Source of the DNA: Selaginella moellendorffii | Taxonomy: Eukaryota > Plantae > Lycopodiophyta | DNA length: 64,000 nucleotides | NCBI RefSeq assembly: GCF_000143415.4 | Contig: NW_003314315.1 | Span: 124,001 to 188,000 of the forward strand | Reading direction: 5' to 3' | Shown: in pieces, positions 1-12,652 of the stretch | How the letters are laid out: every line of letters starts with the position of its first letter | Numbering within the stretch: position 1 is the first letter of the stretch | Notes under the pieces: generated by a model | What the model was told of the DNA's origin: nothing | The model's input: only the letters and a program-made list of their open reading frames with translations | The model's database searches: none | Translations under genes and position numbers: made by a program

Positions 1-1
1 C

Positions 2-292
2 CTTAGGCGCCAAGAAGAGGAAGCAAAAGATGGTCAGGAAGAGGTGTTTATGTTGGAGCTAAACCCAGTATCAGATCCAGTAGAAGAAGACGATGACGAC
101 AACAACGATGAAGAAGAAGAAGAAAAAGACGATGACGATGAAGAACTACTCCCAGGCTCGAGCGATCGACACTGCAAGGCTCGGAAAAGGACGAGGACAT
201 ACAAGACCGGCATCTATCCGTGCAGCATTTGCGAGCGAGTTTTCAAGTATAGTTGGCACCTCAAGAACCATCAGCTCGTCCACTCCGATGAG
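2..292 (+). CDS. Partial exon of an acidic C2H2 zinc-finger protein (5' part outside the window; downstream exons not resolved)
   Basis: The frame is open from position 2. An acidic D/E tract is followed by YPCSICERVFKYSWHLKNHQLVHS (C-x2-C-x12-H-x3-H) and then a GAG|GTAACT donor. Confidence 0.6.
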
Positions 293-2005
293 GTAACTTG
301 CCACTTTGCCTCGGAATTTAACACTAATCTGATGGTGTTGTTTTGGACTCCCCCTTGGATTGTCATTCCTCTCTTTGAGTTGGGGGAGTTGGGCGGACAG
401 GGTGAGAATCTAATGAGAGATTGCCCAGGCTTTGAGTCCACTTGCTTTGCATCTTCCCCTTCTTTCTTCCATTTTCTTCTCTTCTCTTTGTGCGATCGAT
501 CGAGTGATGATCGTCGCGTGGAAGGAAGGACCAGAGTGAAATTGGAGAAATCGGCAGCGAATGTGTCAACGCGAAGATAGAATTTGATAGTGGGGCTTGA
601 CTGCTAGCTGCAAGAGGAAAAAGAGATCCACTCCATGGACAAGGAAGAGCTAGTTCCTTTTGGAAGCCCCTCGCTCTGTTTCTACTCAGAGGAGGTAGCG
701 ATCGATTGCGAGGATCAGGACGAGAAGACGCTCCTGGAAGTAGACAGCTTCGTGTCATCGTCTCTGGTGCTGGGCGAGGCCGATCAGGCCGAGGATTCGC
801 ACATCCAGCCATCGCCCACGTGCCAGCTCGCGGATTCCCCCATTGGGTCGGCCAGATCGGGCGGGATCTCCAGCGATTCGGGCAGGAATTCCAAGATCTA
901 GAGGTATGCTTTTCAAATGAAAAGCATATTCCCCATACACTCGGACATAACTGATTCCATGTCTCGAGTTTCCTGGCACGAATATGATACTAAACAAAAA
1001 CTTGAAAGCAGCTACGCTCTTGGTTCCTCTTCAACAACACCCCAGGATGCAGGATCCAACCTCATCACCACCAGTTTGTCTCCTCTTGATCTTTCAAACT
1101 CATAGATCGCCTCCAGAAAACGAAAGTAGAATGTCAGTGCATGAACACTCGAAACTGAGACGTCTTCTCGAGTTTCCTGGTGCAGACATCTGTCAAATAT
1201 GATCCTAAGAGCTAGCTCGCATAGAACACGCACCTCCTCTTAGCAATATGACGTTCTTGGACCGCTCCAAGGCACTGCTTTCGGTCAGCGTGCCGTCCAT
1301 AAACTTGATATCAATACTAGCAGCGATCCATTCTCGAAGTTGTCATCTCGTCCTGCTGCCAGAAAGAAAACTCGTGACATTGCAAAACTAGACAAATAAT
1401 TCTCCAACCTTGAAGCTCGGCCCTGGTGGAGGCCCCATCAGATCAAACACTCTAGGAGGCTAGTGACAAGAGAAGGATGAGCTTCTCAATTGCAATCCCT
1501 TTGCAATGTTTGAGGTTTTTGTTGGATGTGCTAAATGTTTGAGGCATTGCATCAAGACACCTAGCTGTGTAGAGGCGCTCAACAAGCAGAGAAATTTTAA
1601 CAACTTATTAGGTCAAGATTCATAACAATTTCTTTGCAAAAAATTTCCAGTAATTCAGAAGGAAATTCAAGTGCCTGGTAGCAACAAAAATAGGAACCTA
1701 GCAGTTCACCATCATGACCATATATGCTAGTGGCAAAATTGAAGCTATAATAATGACCAAAAGTGTATGCAAGCAAGATCAAGACCAAGAACAAAGTTTT
1801 GGGTAGTTGATACTAGTTTCATATGCTTTTCTCATCATCTCTCCATGTTCATCATCTCAAACTAACTAGGCATGATTCAGGCTTAGATCAGCAACTTGAT
1901 TATGAGTTGGGCATGTTAAAAGGTAGAGATGATATGGCATTTAATTATGCCCATGTGGCAGTAGTTTCTATATATCATCTATATACAGTTGAGATACAAA
2001 GTTTT

Positions 2006-2135
2006 TTTGTCCTAGTGTGCCCATCTCTCTGCTATTTTCATTTCATTCTTTTATCTTTGTGTGCGTGTCTCTTTACTGCTTTCGTTTCATTCTTTGTCCT
2101 TGTGTGCACTTTTCTCTGCTGCTTTCATTTCATTC
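2006..2135. repeat. Degenerate tandem repeat, ~43 bp x3
   Basis: The unit tttgtcct(a/t)gtgtgc...tttcatttcattc recurs three times. Confidence 0.6.
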
Positions 2136-2427
2136 ATCTCTCAAGCAACACAGCAAGCCACTAAAAAGACAAAGCATTCTCCTATCCTCGTTGAGCTCAA
2201 ACATGAACCTTGATGTGTTGTTAGACTTGCAGCAAAAAGTATCTTTCAGACCAAGCATCCAGGCTCAAACAACATCTTTGCAAGGAGTTCCTTAACTTGC
2301 CACAACATTCCAGATTGTGAGCAAAGATTAGCAACACACCCATTGATCCTCCATGGGTATTAGACCAAAGTTCATCAAGCAGCAAGCCCATAGCTTAAAG
2401 CCCAGAGGTTCCAGCATATTCAGATGT

Positions 2428-3813
2428 TTAACAACTATAATGAGACCCCTTTAGTTTTTGGTTCTGACAGACCTCCATCGGATACTGCATCTTTCGCAGA
2501 GATGGCTTCGCGACATTGTTTATCCACATTTGGCCTGCTTCTCCCATGATATTCTTCCCTGCCTTTTCAACGATCGTGGCATCTAGACTCCGTGGCAAGC
2601 AATAGCAGATCTTCCAATGCTCAACAGCAAGCACACAGTTAAGTGGCTGCTCGTCCAAGAAAGGCCATCCAAGCACGGAGACTCCAGCAACGATCGTCTC
2701 CAAAAGAGAATTCCATCCACAATGAGTGAGAAACGCACCCACGGAAGGATGCTTGAGAACCTGTGTGGACGGCATATTCAGCAAGAAAAAGAGGTAAAAG
2801 AAGAAGCTTACCTTGAGTTGAGGAGCCCAGGAAACAAACTTGCATTTGTCATAACTTGGATCTTCGAAAAGTTTTTGAAGCTCCTCGTTGTCTGATCACG
2901 AGTCCCGAATAGAGTTGCTTGATATGGTCAGGAGAAGCACTGGCCAGGCTTCCAAAGGAGATGTAGATGACTGTGGCTGCTCGTCCAGCCAGTCGAGTCA
3001 GCTCATATCTTCCGTCCAAAAACCACACCTCTCCCTCCCCTGCTCGACTTCGTCCACTCCAACCTGGCCGTCGAATGCAAATGATGGGAGCAATGGACCG
3101 ATTGGAACGAACACTGGATTGTCTCTAGCAGGCTGGTCGAGCTGAGATGTTTCCAACTCGTGGAAAGAGTTTATGAACACCCATTTTGTATGATCTGGTT
3201 CGTGCTATACCAGGTAGAGAAGTCGGGATCTAAGGGGTGGACTTCTTGAATTTGCAAAGTAAAATCCCGTCCAGCAATTGGAGGGAGGCCGGGTACGAAA
3301 TCAATGATCCTCGAAGTGCCTAAAAAATAATTTAAAGAAAAAATCAACCCAGACTGGAATAAAAGAAAAACATACCTTTTAGCGGCAAGAGTCCATTTTC
3401 CTTGAGCACAAGATGACCATTCTGGATGCTAAGCCACGAAGCAGAAAATGTTGAAAGAGTCACCTTGCAAATCCCGAACTGGCGAGCGACGTCTTGAAGG
3501 CTAGTAATTACTACATCGGTGAGCATGCAAGACACTCTAGCCAGAGAAGCATCTGCCATGACATCTTGAATAATTTCTAGCACCGCCAATTGAGATTTTT
3601 CTCCAGAATAGCAGTAAACTCGAGCAGAACCGTACAAAGTGCTGGCATTAGCTCGTTGCTCTGTAGCTAATTCTCCCTTTTGTGTGAGACCAAGAAAGTG
3701 ATGAAAAATCCACTAGATGCAAGCCTCTTACAAAGTTGAAGCATAGGATTCATGTGGCCTTGAGCTGGGACTGGAACTGCTAGCAAGTGTGGTCGCTACT
3801 TCATCTCCTCCAT
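2428..3813 (-). pseudogene. Family-1 UDP-glycosyltransferase pseudogene
   Basis: The N-terminus [32 protein letters not shown] has in-frame stops. Also present: FINSFHELE, FVPIGPLLP and a PSPG box (QVLKHPSVGAFLTHCGWNSLLETIVAGVSVLGWPFLDEQ). The frame is fragmented. Confidence 0.9.
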
Positions 3814-4064
3814 AGCTAGACTCCAATGGACACACGTTGTTGTTTCTTAGTTGGTAGTACACAGAACTAAGAAACAAACTAGTATTGGTAGTTGGTCAGA
3901 AGTTTTGAATTGCTGCTAGCACATAAAATTAAGAGAAATTGGTAGTTAGTTAGAAGTTTTAAATTTATTTCTATATGGATATTCTATGTTATATAAAGTC
4001 TAATAATAAAAGTTTGCTGATTATTATTATCATTATTATTAAAACAATTTCTACGTGTTGCATA

Positions 4065-4340
4065 TACCAATGCTTGGTTTGCTTAATAGTAGTTTTATTA
4101 TTACTTATTAATCTAATTTAAAAATAAAGTTTATAATTATAAGCATGTTTGTAATTTATAAACACAAGATTAATCTTATTGCATATAAACCATTAGATGA
4201 TAGAATAAAAAATAATATACTAGAAAAGGTTTAAGAAATTTTATAAATTATAAATATAAAATTAATCTAAATGAATAACAACCGTTAAATGGTAGAATAT
4301 CCTAGAATATCCAAGCATATTTTAGGTATATCTACCATCC
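4065..4340. repeat. AT-rich dispersed repeat; inverted relative of ~45550-45800 (probable non-autonomous element)
   Basis: gcttaatagtag...ggtagaatatcc...ttttaggtatatc matches the reverse complement of 45550-45800. Confidence 0.55.
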
Positions 4341-4736
4341 CAGTCTTTCTACAGGTTTGCTTAAGCAAACCAAAAAATTATATATCTAAAAATAATGTAA
4401 TTAATATAAATATTGTGTTATTATAGTAAGTAGAAACATGTAAAATTTAAACAGAAATTAATGAAATAATTATTAACTACACTTTATTTATCAATCAAAG
4501 GAAACTTTTAAAACACTAATGCACCATATTATTTAAATAAAATTAAGCTTTTTAGATCACAGCCATTATGACTACAGAGCTTTTTAACTAATAAATATAT
4601 GAAATAGGTTTTCTTTGTCAATTTATTTACAATCTGGGTTTATTTATGTTACCTTTAAAGATTTTATGGTATTAGTTAAACTAGTTTGTAAATGACAAAA
4701 GCAATCACTTAATTTCTATTAAACATAGTATATTAT

Positions 4737-4798
4737 ATACACACACATATACACACACACACATACACACAGATATATATATATATATATATATATAT
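4737..4798. repeat. (CA)n/(AT)n microsatellite
   Basis: Seen directly in the sequence. Confidence 0.9.
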
Positions 4799-5000
4799 TA
4801 GGTCACAACATGAATACTCACATAATAACTTTATAGACGTATGTTTCTTATATTTTTAATATGTTTATCTCTCTTTCTTCCAAAACCAAACCAACGGAGT
4901 TATTTATGTGACTGGGCTGATTTGATTATTTTCTCAAGTGGTGAAGCCTTGTAGATAGCCTCCAGGGTAGCTCAGATCCCGGCTAGTTCAAGTTTGAATT

Positions 5001-6769
5001 TTACATGGAGGCCTTTTGTCTAATCTCTGTGGAGGAGAGATCCACACGAAAAACGTTCTCTGGAAGGGACGAAAACATTTCTTTCACTTCTTCTGGAACA
5101 TTAACATCCAACATTGTCTGCGAAAAGAATGCATCAATAACGATCATGGGAACAATAAAACTTTCACCTTGAAAACGCCATCGACAATGCGTCCCGCAAC
5201 CATGAAATCACACCCGAGTCTCTGTACGTTCAGGAGAACTTCCATCATTCTCTCCCTGCTTCCACCATAGTACTTCTCCTGAAGAGATCAATTTTCGTGA
5301 AAGTGATGCGAGCAATGATATATAGCTTACATTGACAAGTCTCATCGCTGTGTCAACGCCGACGAGAAACGTACTGTCCGGGAGAATTTCCGCTTTCTTG
5401 TAGAAGAAAGGCTGGTTGGTCACTATCATAGTCTTTCCTGGCGAGTTCACAAAACATTGTGAGAACAGACCTCCTAGAATTCTCTCTCCATACCTCTTTC
5501 CACGAACTGCTTCACTCGCTGCTTGATCTCATGAACTGGAAGCGCTGGCTTGTCTGCGTTAATTGCTGATAGCTCGAAACACGGACTGCCGCCTTGCACA
5601 AGGCTGTAACTTGCGTTAGATCAACAAAAACATTTTCTATCAGGAAACTTACGTGCATGCCGTGCTCATCAGTGTAAGATGACCTTCATGCAATGGATTA
5701 AAAGCACCGGAAAGAACGACCCTTCTGCCGGTTCTACGATCTTTGCTATCTGTATCACAACTTATGAAAAAACTAAGCACTGAGCAAATTTCGAAGTACC
5801 TTCACCGGGATAACGGACCATGCAGACATTTCCATGTATTAGCTGCTCGAGCTCTTCGTCCTCTGCGTAATTCAGCCTCGACTCTCGAATTTCTTCCTCA
5901 GGGCTCTTCAATTCTACTGGTACCGCATTTCCAATCTCACAAACGTCAGCCATAGCCTGGACATAAATCAAAAGTTTGAGCGAACTGAAAAGCCTGGTCA
6001 TGAAAATCAAAACCTTGATCAGGAGCTGACTGGATAGACAATCCTCTCCAAAACGATCTCTATATCCCTGGAGATGAGATGAGAACAATCGATAAAATTC
6101 GTTGCTGTAAATATACAAGACCTTGTAAAGAGTGAGGTCATATCTCCAAAGAGATGAATGCGTTCGAGCAGATATGTGGCATCTGGAAAGAAAAAATGAA
6201 AATAAAAATCTTCCACGAAGAACACGAAAACAAAGTCACCTGTGATCCCCTCGCTTGGGACTCCCAGTCGTCAACGCACCAGTGACTCCAAATCCAGCCA
6301 CCAGAGTGCCTGCACTGCATTCCAAGAAAAAATCCGCTCACTCGATCGAGAAAAAACTCTAGTAGAAATCACACCTGGTAGCGAGAGAGTAAGAGCTCGA
6401 TTGTAAGCAGCGGTAGCCATCTCATCGGCTACTTCACGACTAGCATATTGCTGTGGAGCCTAAAATCCAAAGATCTTTCTTTGTTAGATCGAAGATATTC
6501 TAGCCTACTCTTCCAAGGAGCTGGATCATCGACGCGCGCGTATAGGGAACTGTGGCTTCCAGCAGCGTCTGTGAAGCTCGCGGCACCGACAGCAGCCACC
6601 CGAGCGCCTAGAATCCATAGAAATCCCCGATAGCAATCAAGCTAGGAATCGATCGATCGATCCACACAATGCGGCTGCTGACCTGCGATGCGCCGCCGGC
6701 GAGGTGAAGAACAGCGTGCGTTGGCGAGGAGTGGATCGCCTCGATCGCCGCCTTCATGGCCGAGTCCAT
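5001..6769 (-). CDS. Nucleotidylyl/cytidylyl-transferase superfamily protein (At2g01220/At3g27610-like), multi-exon
   Basis: Exons read MDSAMKAAIEAIHSSPTHAVLHLAGGASQ|ALGWLLSVPRASQTLLEATVPY, then the HxGH motif SGAFNPLHEGH, then NQPFFYKKAEILPDSTFLVGVDTAMRL, ending FRVDLSSTEIRQKASM*. Confidence 0.88.
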
Positions 6770-6794
6770 CGAATTGGAAGAACCCTAAACTATT

Positions 6795-7061
6795 TCACTC
6801 TATCATGAGCAGGCCAAGGCTCGTCGTCAAGCTCGGATGCTCCGGCAAGGAGTACATCACTCCTGATCCGATCGCGCAATCCTGGGACCCTGTCGGACCG
6901 ATGATCCCGTCCCAGGAGCATCGGCTATCAACAAACAGTCGGATCGCTTGCGGCAGGAGATGGGAGGCCCTGATCAATCGCCTCCAGATCATGAGCAGCT
7001 CGCCAGAGCTCGTGCAACGCTTGCTTCGCGATAGAGACGATGGTGATAATGTCACTGGAGA
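6795..7061 (+). pseudogene. Deletion-riddled remnant of the UFL1 5' region
   Basis: Ordered blocks gctcgtcgtcaagctc, ctccggcaaggagtacatcactc, ggatcgcttgcggcaggagatgg and gatagagacgatggtg..aatgtcactggagag match 18600-19349. Confidence 0.85.
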
Positions 7062-7346
7062 GAAGAAAGAAAGAAGGAAAGCTCGAGAAGAACTAAGATG
7101 ACGAAAATGGAAGAAAGCTCGCAGCAAGAGATCAAGGCCGCGAGCTTCCAGCCGCGAGTGGAAGGAATGGTAGCATCCCTCCGGATGTGGAAGTGATCTA
7201 CGTCCCGCACGAGATCAAGAACAAGGACTCGGGCCTGAAAATCGGCCGGAGATTGGTCAGGAACTAGACTAGGCAGAGTGTGGAGATTTTTCTCGTATAG
7301 AATGTGAGCTTCTTTCTATCTATCTTGTATTGTTCTTGCCTGGATT

Positions 7347-7625
7347 TTGGGCAATGTACGCGGAGTGTGGCTCCATGGTGGAGCTCATCGCGTGTTTGAG
7401 AGGATCCGGGAGCACGATCTAGTGTCGTGGAATACCATTATCCTGGGCTATGCGGAGAATGGAGAGTGTGGTGAGGCCTTGGAACTTTTCTCTCGCATGG
7501 AGGACGTCGAGGGCCTTGCTCCGAATCGAGTGACTTTCCTCGCAGCGATCAAAGCCTGCACTCGGTTTGCTGCGAGAGAAGAAGGGAGGAAAGCTTGTCA
7601 AGCTAAGCCTGGACGACGGCGATGA
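7347..7625 (+). pseudogene. PLS-class PPR fragment
   Basis: AHRVFERIREHDLVSWNTIILGYAENGECGEALELFSRM...PNRVTFLAAIKAC. Confidence 0.8.
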
Positions 7626-9030
7626 TCACGGGCTATGAGGAAAACGGCGAGAGCAGCATTGCTCTGGAACTCTACTCGCGACTGGCCGAAGGCCGCTGCG
7701 CTCAGACTGCGTCACCTTTGTCGCTGTTCTCTCAAGCCCGCTGTTCACACTCATGTCTCTTCCTTTAACCAAGAGCTCCGGCTTGCGAGCCTCGTTTCTT
7801 ATTGGAGCACTAGCACAGGCCTTGAGAACCGCAACGTAGCTTTGAGCGTCTGGTAGAATCCTGTCCCTTGTTTGCATGCGGCCGAAGAGCTCGAGAGCTG
7901 ATTCTCCGTCCCCGTTCTCGGCATAGCCGAGAATCATAATGGTCCACAGCACCAAGTTGCGACCCTTGATCCTGTCGAAAGCTTGACGACCATACTCGAT
8001 GTTCCCACACTTTGCGTAGGCGTCCACCAGGCTGCTTGCGACGAAAATGTCTTAGTCGAATCCAGCATTTGCAGCTAGAGAGTGTATATCTTTCACTCTC
8101 TCGAAACAACAGCCTTGATTCCCTTCCACCACCTTTGCTACCACGCCTTTAAGGCTGCAAGATAAGTCACGCGATCTGGAGTCCACCCTTGTTCTTGGAT
8201 TCTCCAAACAGCTCAAGAGCTTCTCGGCATACCTTTGAATCAGTGCACTCCACGAAGCTACGTCTCGCGTCAGCATCTTGTCAAACACTCGCTGAGAATC
8301 CGTCAAGCTTCCGTAGACGAAGATCAAACTGTTCGCCAGGAAGTGATCCAACATCCAACCGCACTTCATTGCCTCCGAGTGAAGCTCCAAGCACGTAAGT
8401 TTCACCATCTTTCCACCGATTTCCTTTAGACTGTCCGTTGTATCCGCTGTACAAGCCGCACAAGCTTTTACGGTCGCAAGGAAAGTAACTCGATTCGGCA
8501 TGAAGCCTTCGCTTTGCATCCCCACAAATAACTCCAAATCCAGCCCGCCTTCACCATTCACGGCATAAGCTAGAATCATCGCGTTCTAGGACACCAAAGT
8601 AGGCTGGATCAAGACTCCGTTGGCGTCGACTAAACTTCCACAACCGGCGGACATAGCGATCAGCGTGTTGGCCACCGAAGAACCGAATCCACACCCACCT
8701 CGACCAGCCAGAGAGTGTATTGCTAAAACCTTCTCTCCAGGCACTGAACCTTCACAGCTCTCCCGTCTATCTTTTCGCCTCTCTCCTTCTCTGCCAAGTC
8801 CGAGCAAAGTTACCGAGACGGGAACACAGCCATCTTCTTCGCTTTGCATGCTCGAGAAAACGTCAAAGACGACTGCCCGTCACCAACCCATCCTGTCAAA
8901 CACGGCCCAAGCGTCCACCATGCTTCCATGCGTACATATCCACCAGAGTGCTGGCCACGAGTTTAACCCACTCCTCACAGCTCGAGCGTGAACCTCTCGT
9001 CCAGGCTCTAGCGCTACGAGCTTGACAAGC
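7622..9030 (-). pseudogene. PLS-class PPR pseudogene (frameshifted, with internal deletions)
   Basis: Several P/L/S motif pieces in different frames (DAYAKCGNIEYGRQAFDRI, SLTDSQRVFDKMLTRDVASWSALI, VASTLVDMY). Confidence 0.85.
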
Positions 9031-9057
9031 TTTCCTCCAACTTTCCTCCAACTTGTG

Positions 9058-10312
9058 GGCCGTGCAGATTTGGCTAAAGTTCCCGAGGTGAAAGAACGCG
9101 TAGAGAAAATGCTGCAGAAACATGTCGAGACTCAAAGTGAGACAGCAACGGGGTTAGCTTTCGATCTTAAGGTACTTAACCAGGCGCTCGAGCAACAGGT
9201 GCAGGACGACTTCGAGCGTGCTCCAGAATACTACAAATGGTTCGGAGGCGTTGTGTGCTTGCTTTGGTCTGATGACTTCCAAAGGAAGAATTCGTGAGAG
9301 ACTCGTTGTCTAGGACGGACCTCGGCCAGCTATTGGAGTGCTTCAAACAGAAAGCTCACGGGCAGAAAATATCTTGGGCTCTATTACCTTTCCGGAAGCC
9401 GGCTGCGAGCTCTTCATTCCGTTGCGAGCTCTTCATTGTTGCTGCAGGTCGATGATAAGCACTGTAGCAAATGTAAATCGCGTGAAGATCCTTCCCGAGG
9501 AAAATACCGAGGAAAGTGGATTGTATGCGATGTTTGCCAACAGTGCTACAACTTTAGCTGTACCAGAGTTACTAAGAAGCAGGAGCTGGAAGTATTTTGG
9601 CAGTGTTCGTCCTGTAAGAGCATGAAAAGAGAAGAGCATTTGGAACCAAGGCGGCTGTTGCGATATTACGAAGGAGATCTGAAAGCTGCTCTACTGGAGG
9701 CCGGTGAGTTAGCGCTGACATCAGTTAACATTGGTTAACATTGGTTAACATAGTTGGCGAATGATGGCAGGTGCTGATGCTATCCAGTATGTTTGGAGGC
9801 CATTGATCAAGAATGATGGGGCTGTGGGCTACACTATTCTTCCTAGGACTCTGGCGCAACCAACTATAGCACCACGCCATCCAGTATCGGCAGAAGCTCT
9901 TAAAACACATATCAGTGCTCTTCGTGCATGGAACGATATCTATGGCGGGACTAGTAAGCCGGATGAGTTTGTACTCTGCTTCTTCCTGGCGGAGTCGAAC
10001 TATGACGGGTTCAGAGCTACTGCGACAAGTCCCACTAAACAAGCTGTGAAAGGTTCGTTATATATCCGTTTCATAGCTGCTCATACTTATGGAATGAACA
10101 ATGCAGGTATTCGCCAGTGCAAAGTGTTGCTGCGGTACGATGGTGAAGTGTGTAAACCTAATTATTTTGATCCTGTGGAAGACGTCCTGGGTGAGTGTGA
10201 ACAAGAAGGGGAAGTTTGCTTTCTGAATCCGTCTTGGAAAGTTTTTGTGTCTGTACTATCGCAAACTTTAATGCCAAAGCAGAAAAGCATAGGGTGCTAT
10301 TGCTCCAGATAG
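9058..10312 (+). pseudogene. 5'-truncated, degenerate copy of the Crinkler-type NTPase-PHD-REase gene
   Basis: Inverted copy of 16061-17566. It lacks the P-loop, has frameshifts and deletions, PHD His->Asn (CYNFSC) and REase Asp->Gly (GAVGYTIL). Confidence 0.85.
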
Positions 10313-11474
10313 TCAGAAAGTCTCGATGGAGAAAGGCAGGCTGCCTTTTTCCTGTGACAAAAAAGAAAAGCCAGCGTTGTTATGGAGCATTCCTGCTAGC
10401 AATTTCCAGGAATTTTTTTATTTTTTTCTTTTTTTTTTCCCATGAGATAGCTGAAAATTGAACAGAAAGCTTGCTCCGTAGCAGCACTTCACCTCAAGTT
10501 CTAAACACGAACAATTTCTCCTCCTCTCGAGCGCCAAATTGTGAGCTTCACAGACTCGTAGTAAAAAAACAGTCGTTCATGAACTGTATCAGATATCATC
10601 TTCTTACAAGGATCATATTTTTAATTAAGAATTAAATTTTATTGTATTTATAGTTATAATAAAATATTATACTTATAATTATATCATTTAAAATTTTAAA
10701 ATAAAAAATTAGTATATTTTTATTTCAAGAGTAATTTTGACAACGTTTTTATTTTAAAATGAGTTATTGGCATGTTTTCATGTTTTTCTTACCAGTTCTA
10801 ATGAATATTGAAACCCTGAGAACTGAAACCAATATTTGCGAGATTGAGTAATGAAATTATATACAAAGTGGTTCACACTAACTTATGGAGCATATTCTAT
10901 GTTTCTACACGTTAAAGGTTAAAAAAAATGACTCTATTGCGTTGTTTATGTTTGTTCATATATTGCACCCTTACAAAAGACTGCTTCACCTTGATGCTTT
11001 AAGAATCTCATCACTAGCTTTTGATGATGCATAAACATTCTTGGCTTGGCAACCCAGTAGCTGCTCCAATTAGCCATCCAGCAGATGCCCTTTAACACTA
11101 AGACCTCCTCTCTGCATGTTTGTTTAAATCAGCATTAAAATGTGTACAAAAGTGGTAGCAATGTTCTTATGCTTTCAAGAAGATAAACCGGAGCCTTACC
11201 GGGACCACTACCAAAAGGCTGTAATAGGCTTGAATTGCCAAGAAGAGGAGAATTTTATTAGCACATGGGATTGCAAGACTAAGAGAGTTATAACCAAGTT
11301 TGTGAGCTATACATGCAGATGCAAAGCTTCTTGAAGAGGAGCCATGTTTATCAAAACAAGGTCCAATTTCTTGCGTATTTTGTGATTGCTACGAAGCCAT
11401 GTAATTATCTGGTCAAAATTTTAATTCCATAATGCAAGTTTTCATTTTTTTTCTTTTTCTCACTTTTAAGGAGT

Positions 11475-12194
11475 TTAATCCCTTTGCCATTCCTTAATCA
11501 CGGGTTCGTACGCCTCCGCCACGTCTACCGTACACGACTTGATCCACACGTTGCAAATCGGGCACTTTTTCTGGATCGTCGCCATTTGCACCGCGCACTC
11601 CTCACACATGAGATGGTGGCACGGCACCAGTGCTTTCGTTCTCGGCCCCTCCCCACAGACACTACACTTGGGATCCATCAACGTACTTATCCTGTAGCTG
11701 GCATACGGCTTTGGTACCGTACAGCGTACGACGAGCTGCCACCCTTCCGCCATAGCCGTGACCTTGGCCCCGAGCACGTACTTGATGGGAGGGAAGCCGT
11801 CTCTCACCGCTTCCAGCACGAGCCTTCCTTTGAAATTGCCCAAATCCCCACGGATCGTCGTGAGGATGAGATCCACTGGGGAGCCCAAGTCGAAAAGCCA
11901 GCTCCTGCCCATGCCCAAGACCGTGACCTTGGGATACTGGGGTGACGAGATTTGGAAAGAGTTGGCCGAAAGATTGTTGATGTCTTGTTGTTGTTGCTGC
12001 TGCCAGACGTTTGCTGCTAAAGGGAAGTTGTTTGAGGCGCTATTGAAGAAGAGGCGGGGGCTGTTGTGAGGAACTGGATTGCCGCTATTGTAGCCCAAGG
12101 AAGCCAAGGTCGCCTTAACTTCTTCAAAGAGAGCTGGTGGGAGGCCCGGAGGACACACTGTGTTCGTAGCACCGTTGCACCGAGAAAACGCCAT
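11475..12194 (-). CDS. Intronless C3HC4 RING-finger protein, 239 aa (copy 1); putative E3 ligase
   Basis: C-terminal CSVCGEGPRTKALVPCHHLMCEECAVQMATIQKKCPIC; TATA box at 12233-12239. Confidence 0.8.
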   Translation of the reverse strand: MAFSRCNGATNTVCPPGLPPALFEEVKATLASLGYNSGNPVPHNSPRLFFNSASNNFPLAANVWQQQQQQDINNLSANSFQISSPQYPKVTVLGMGRSWLFDLGSPVDLILTTIRGDLGNFKGRLVLEAVRDGFPPIKYVLGAKVTAMAEGWQLVVRCTVPKPYASYRISTLMDPKCSVCGEGPRTKALVPCHHLMCEECAVQMATIQKKCPICNVWIKSCTVDVAEAYEPVIKEWQRD

Positions 12195-12652
12195 TGAAAA
12201 TGAGTGAATACCTAGAAAGCTCTCGCCCCTGTTTTTATAATGCTGCGTACCTTTTCCCTAATCTTTGACTTAAATCAAAATTAGTGTTTATTTACATTTT
12301 CCTTTAATGTTGTGATTAACTCAACTAGTCTCCTAGATTTTGCTATCATTTCTTCGCTAACACTGGGGTTTTATGCCCACCAGGTTGATGATTTGTTTGT
12401 TTACGTTTTCTTTGTTCAATCATTCTATCTCAGGTACCATCAGCTTGATGCTCGAATCATGGCAATGGCTGCTGAGCGTAACTTCATCCAGGAAATCGAT
12501 AGCATCGCTTGAAAAAATGTATAAATATTGGTTCTAGAACCTCCCCGCAGCCGCATAGATAGTCAAGCTCCATATTCTTCCACTTCACACACGCCGCCAG
12601 CACCGCCATCGTCTTGAAGAGCTCTCTGCCTCGTTCGACCAGTCCGGCGTGG

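Larger units (their letters stand above)
9058..12652. repeat. Left arm of a large inverted duplication (partner 13961-17566)
   Basis: Reverse-complement match across the CR-gene part, the AT-rich spacer, the RING gene and the PPR tail. Confidence 0.9.

Noticed and set aside
363-1480. Several short ORFs after the C2H2 exon
   Set aside because: No recognisable domain or consistent splice model; possibly decayed coding sequence.
2006-2135. CRISPR-like array
   Set aside because: Eukaryotic context; contiguous degenerate units with no spacers.
11140-11334. 64-aa ORF in the inverted-repeat spacer as a possible transposase piece
   Set aside because: No diagnostic motif, and disrupted by a deletion in the other arm.
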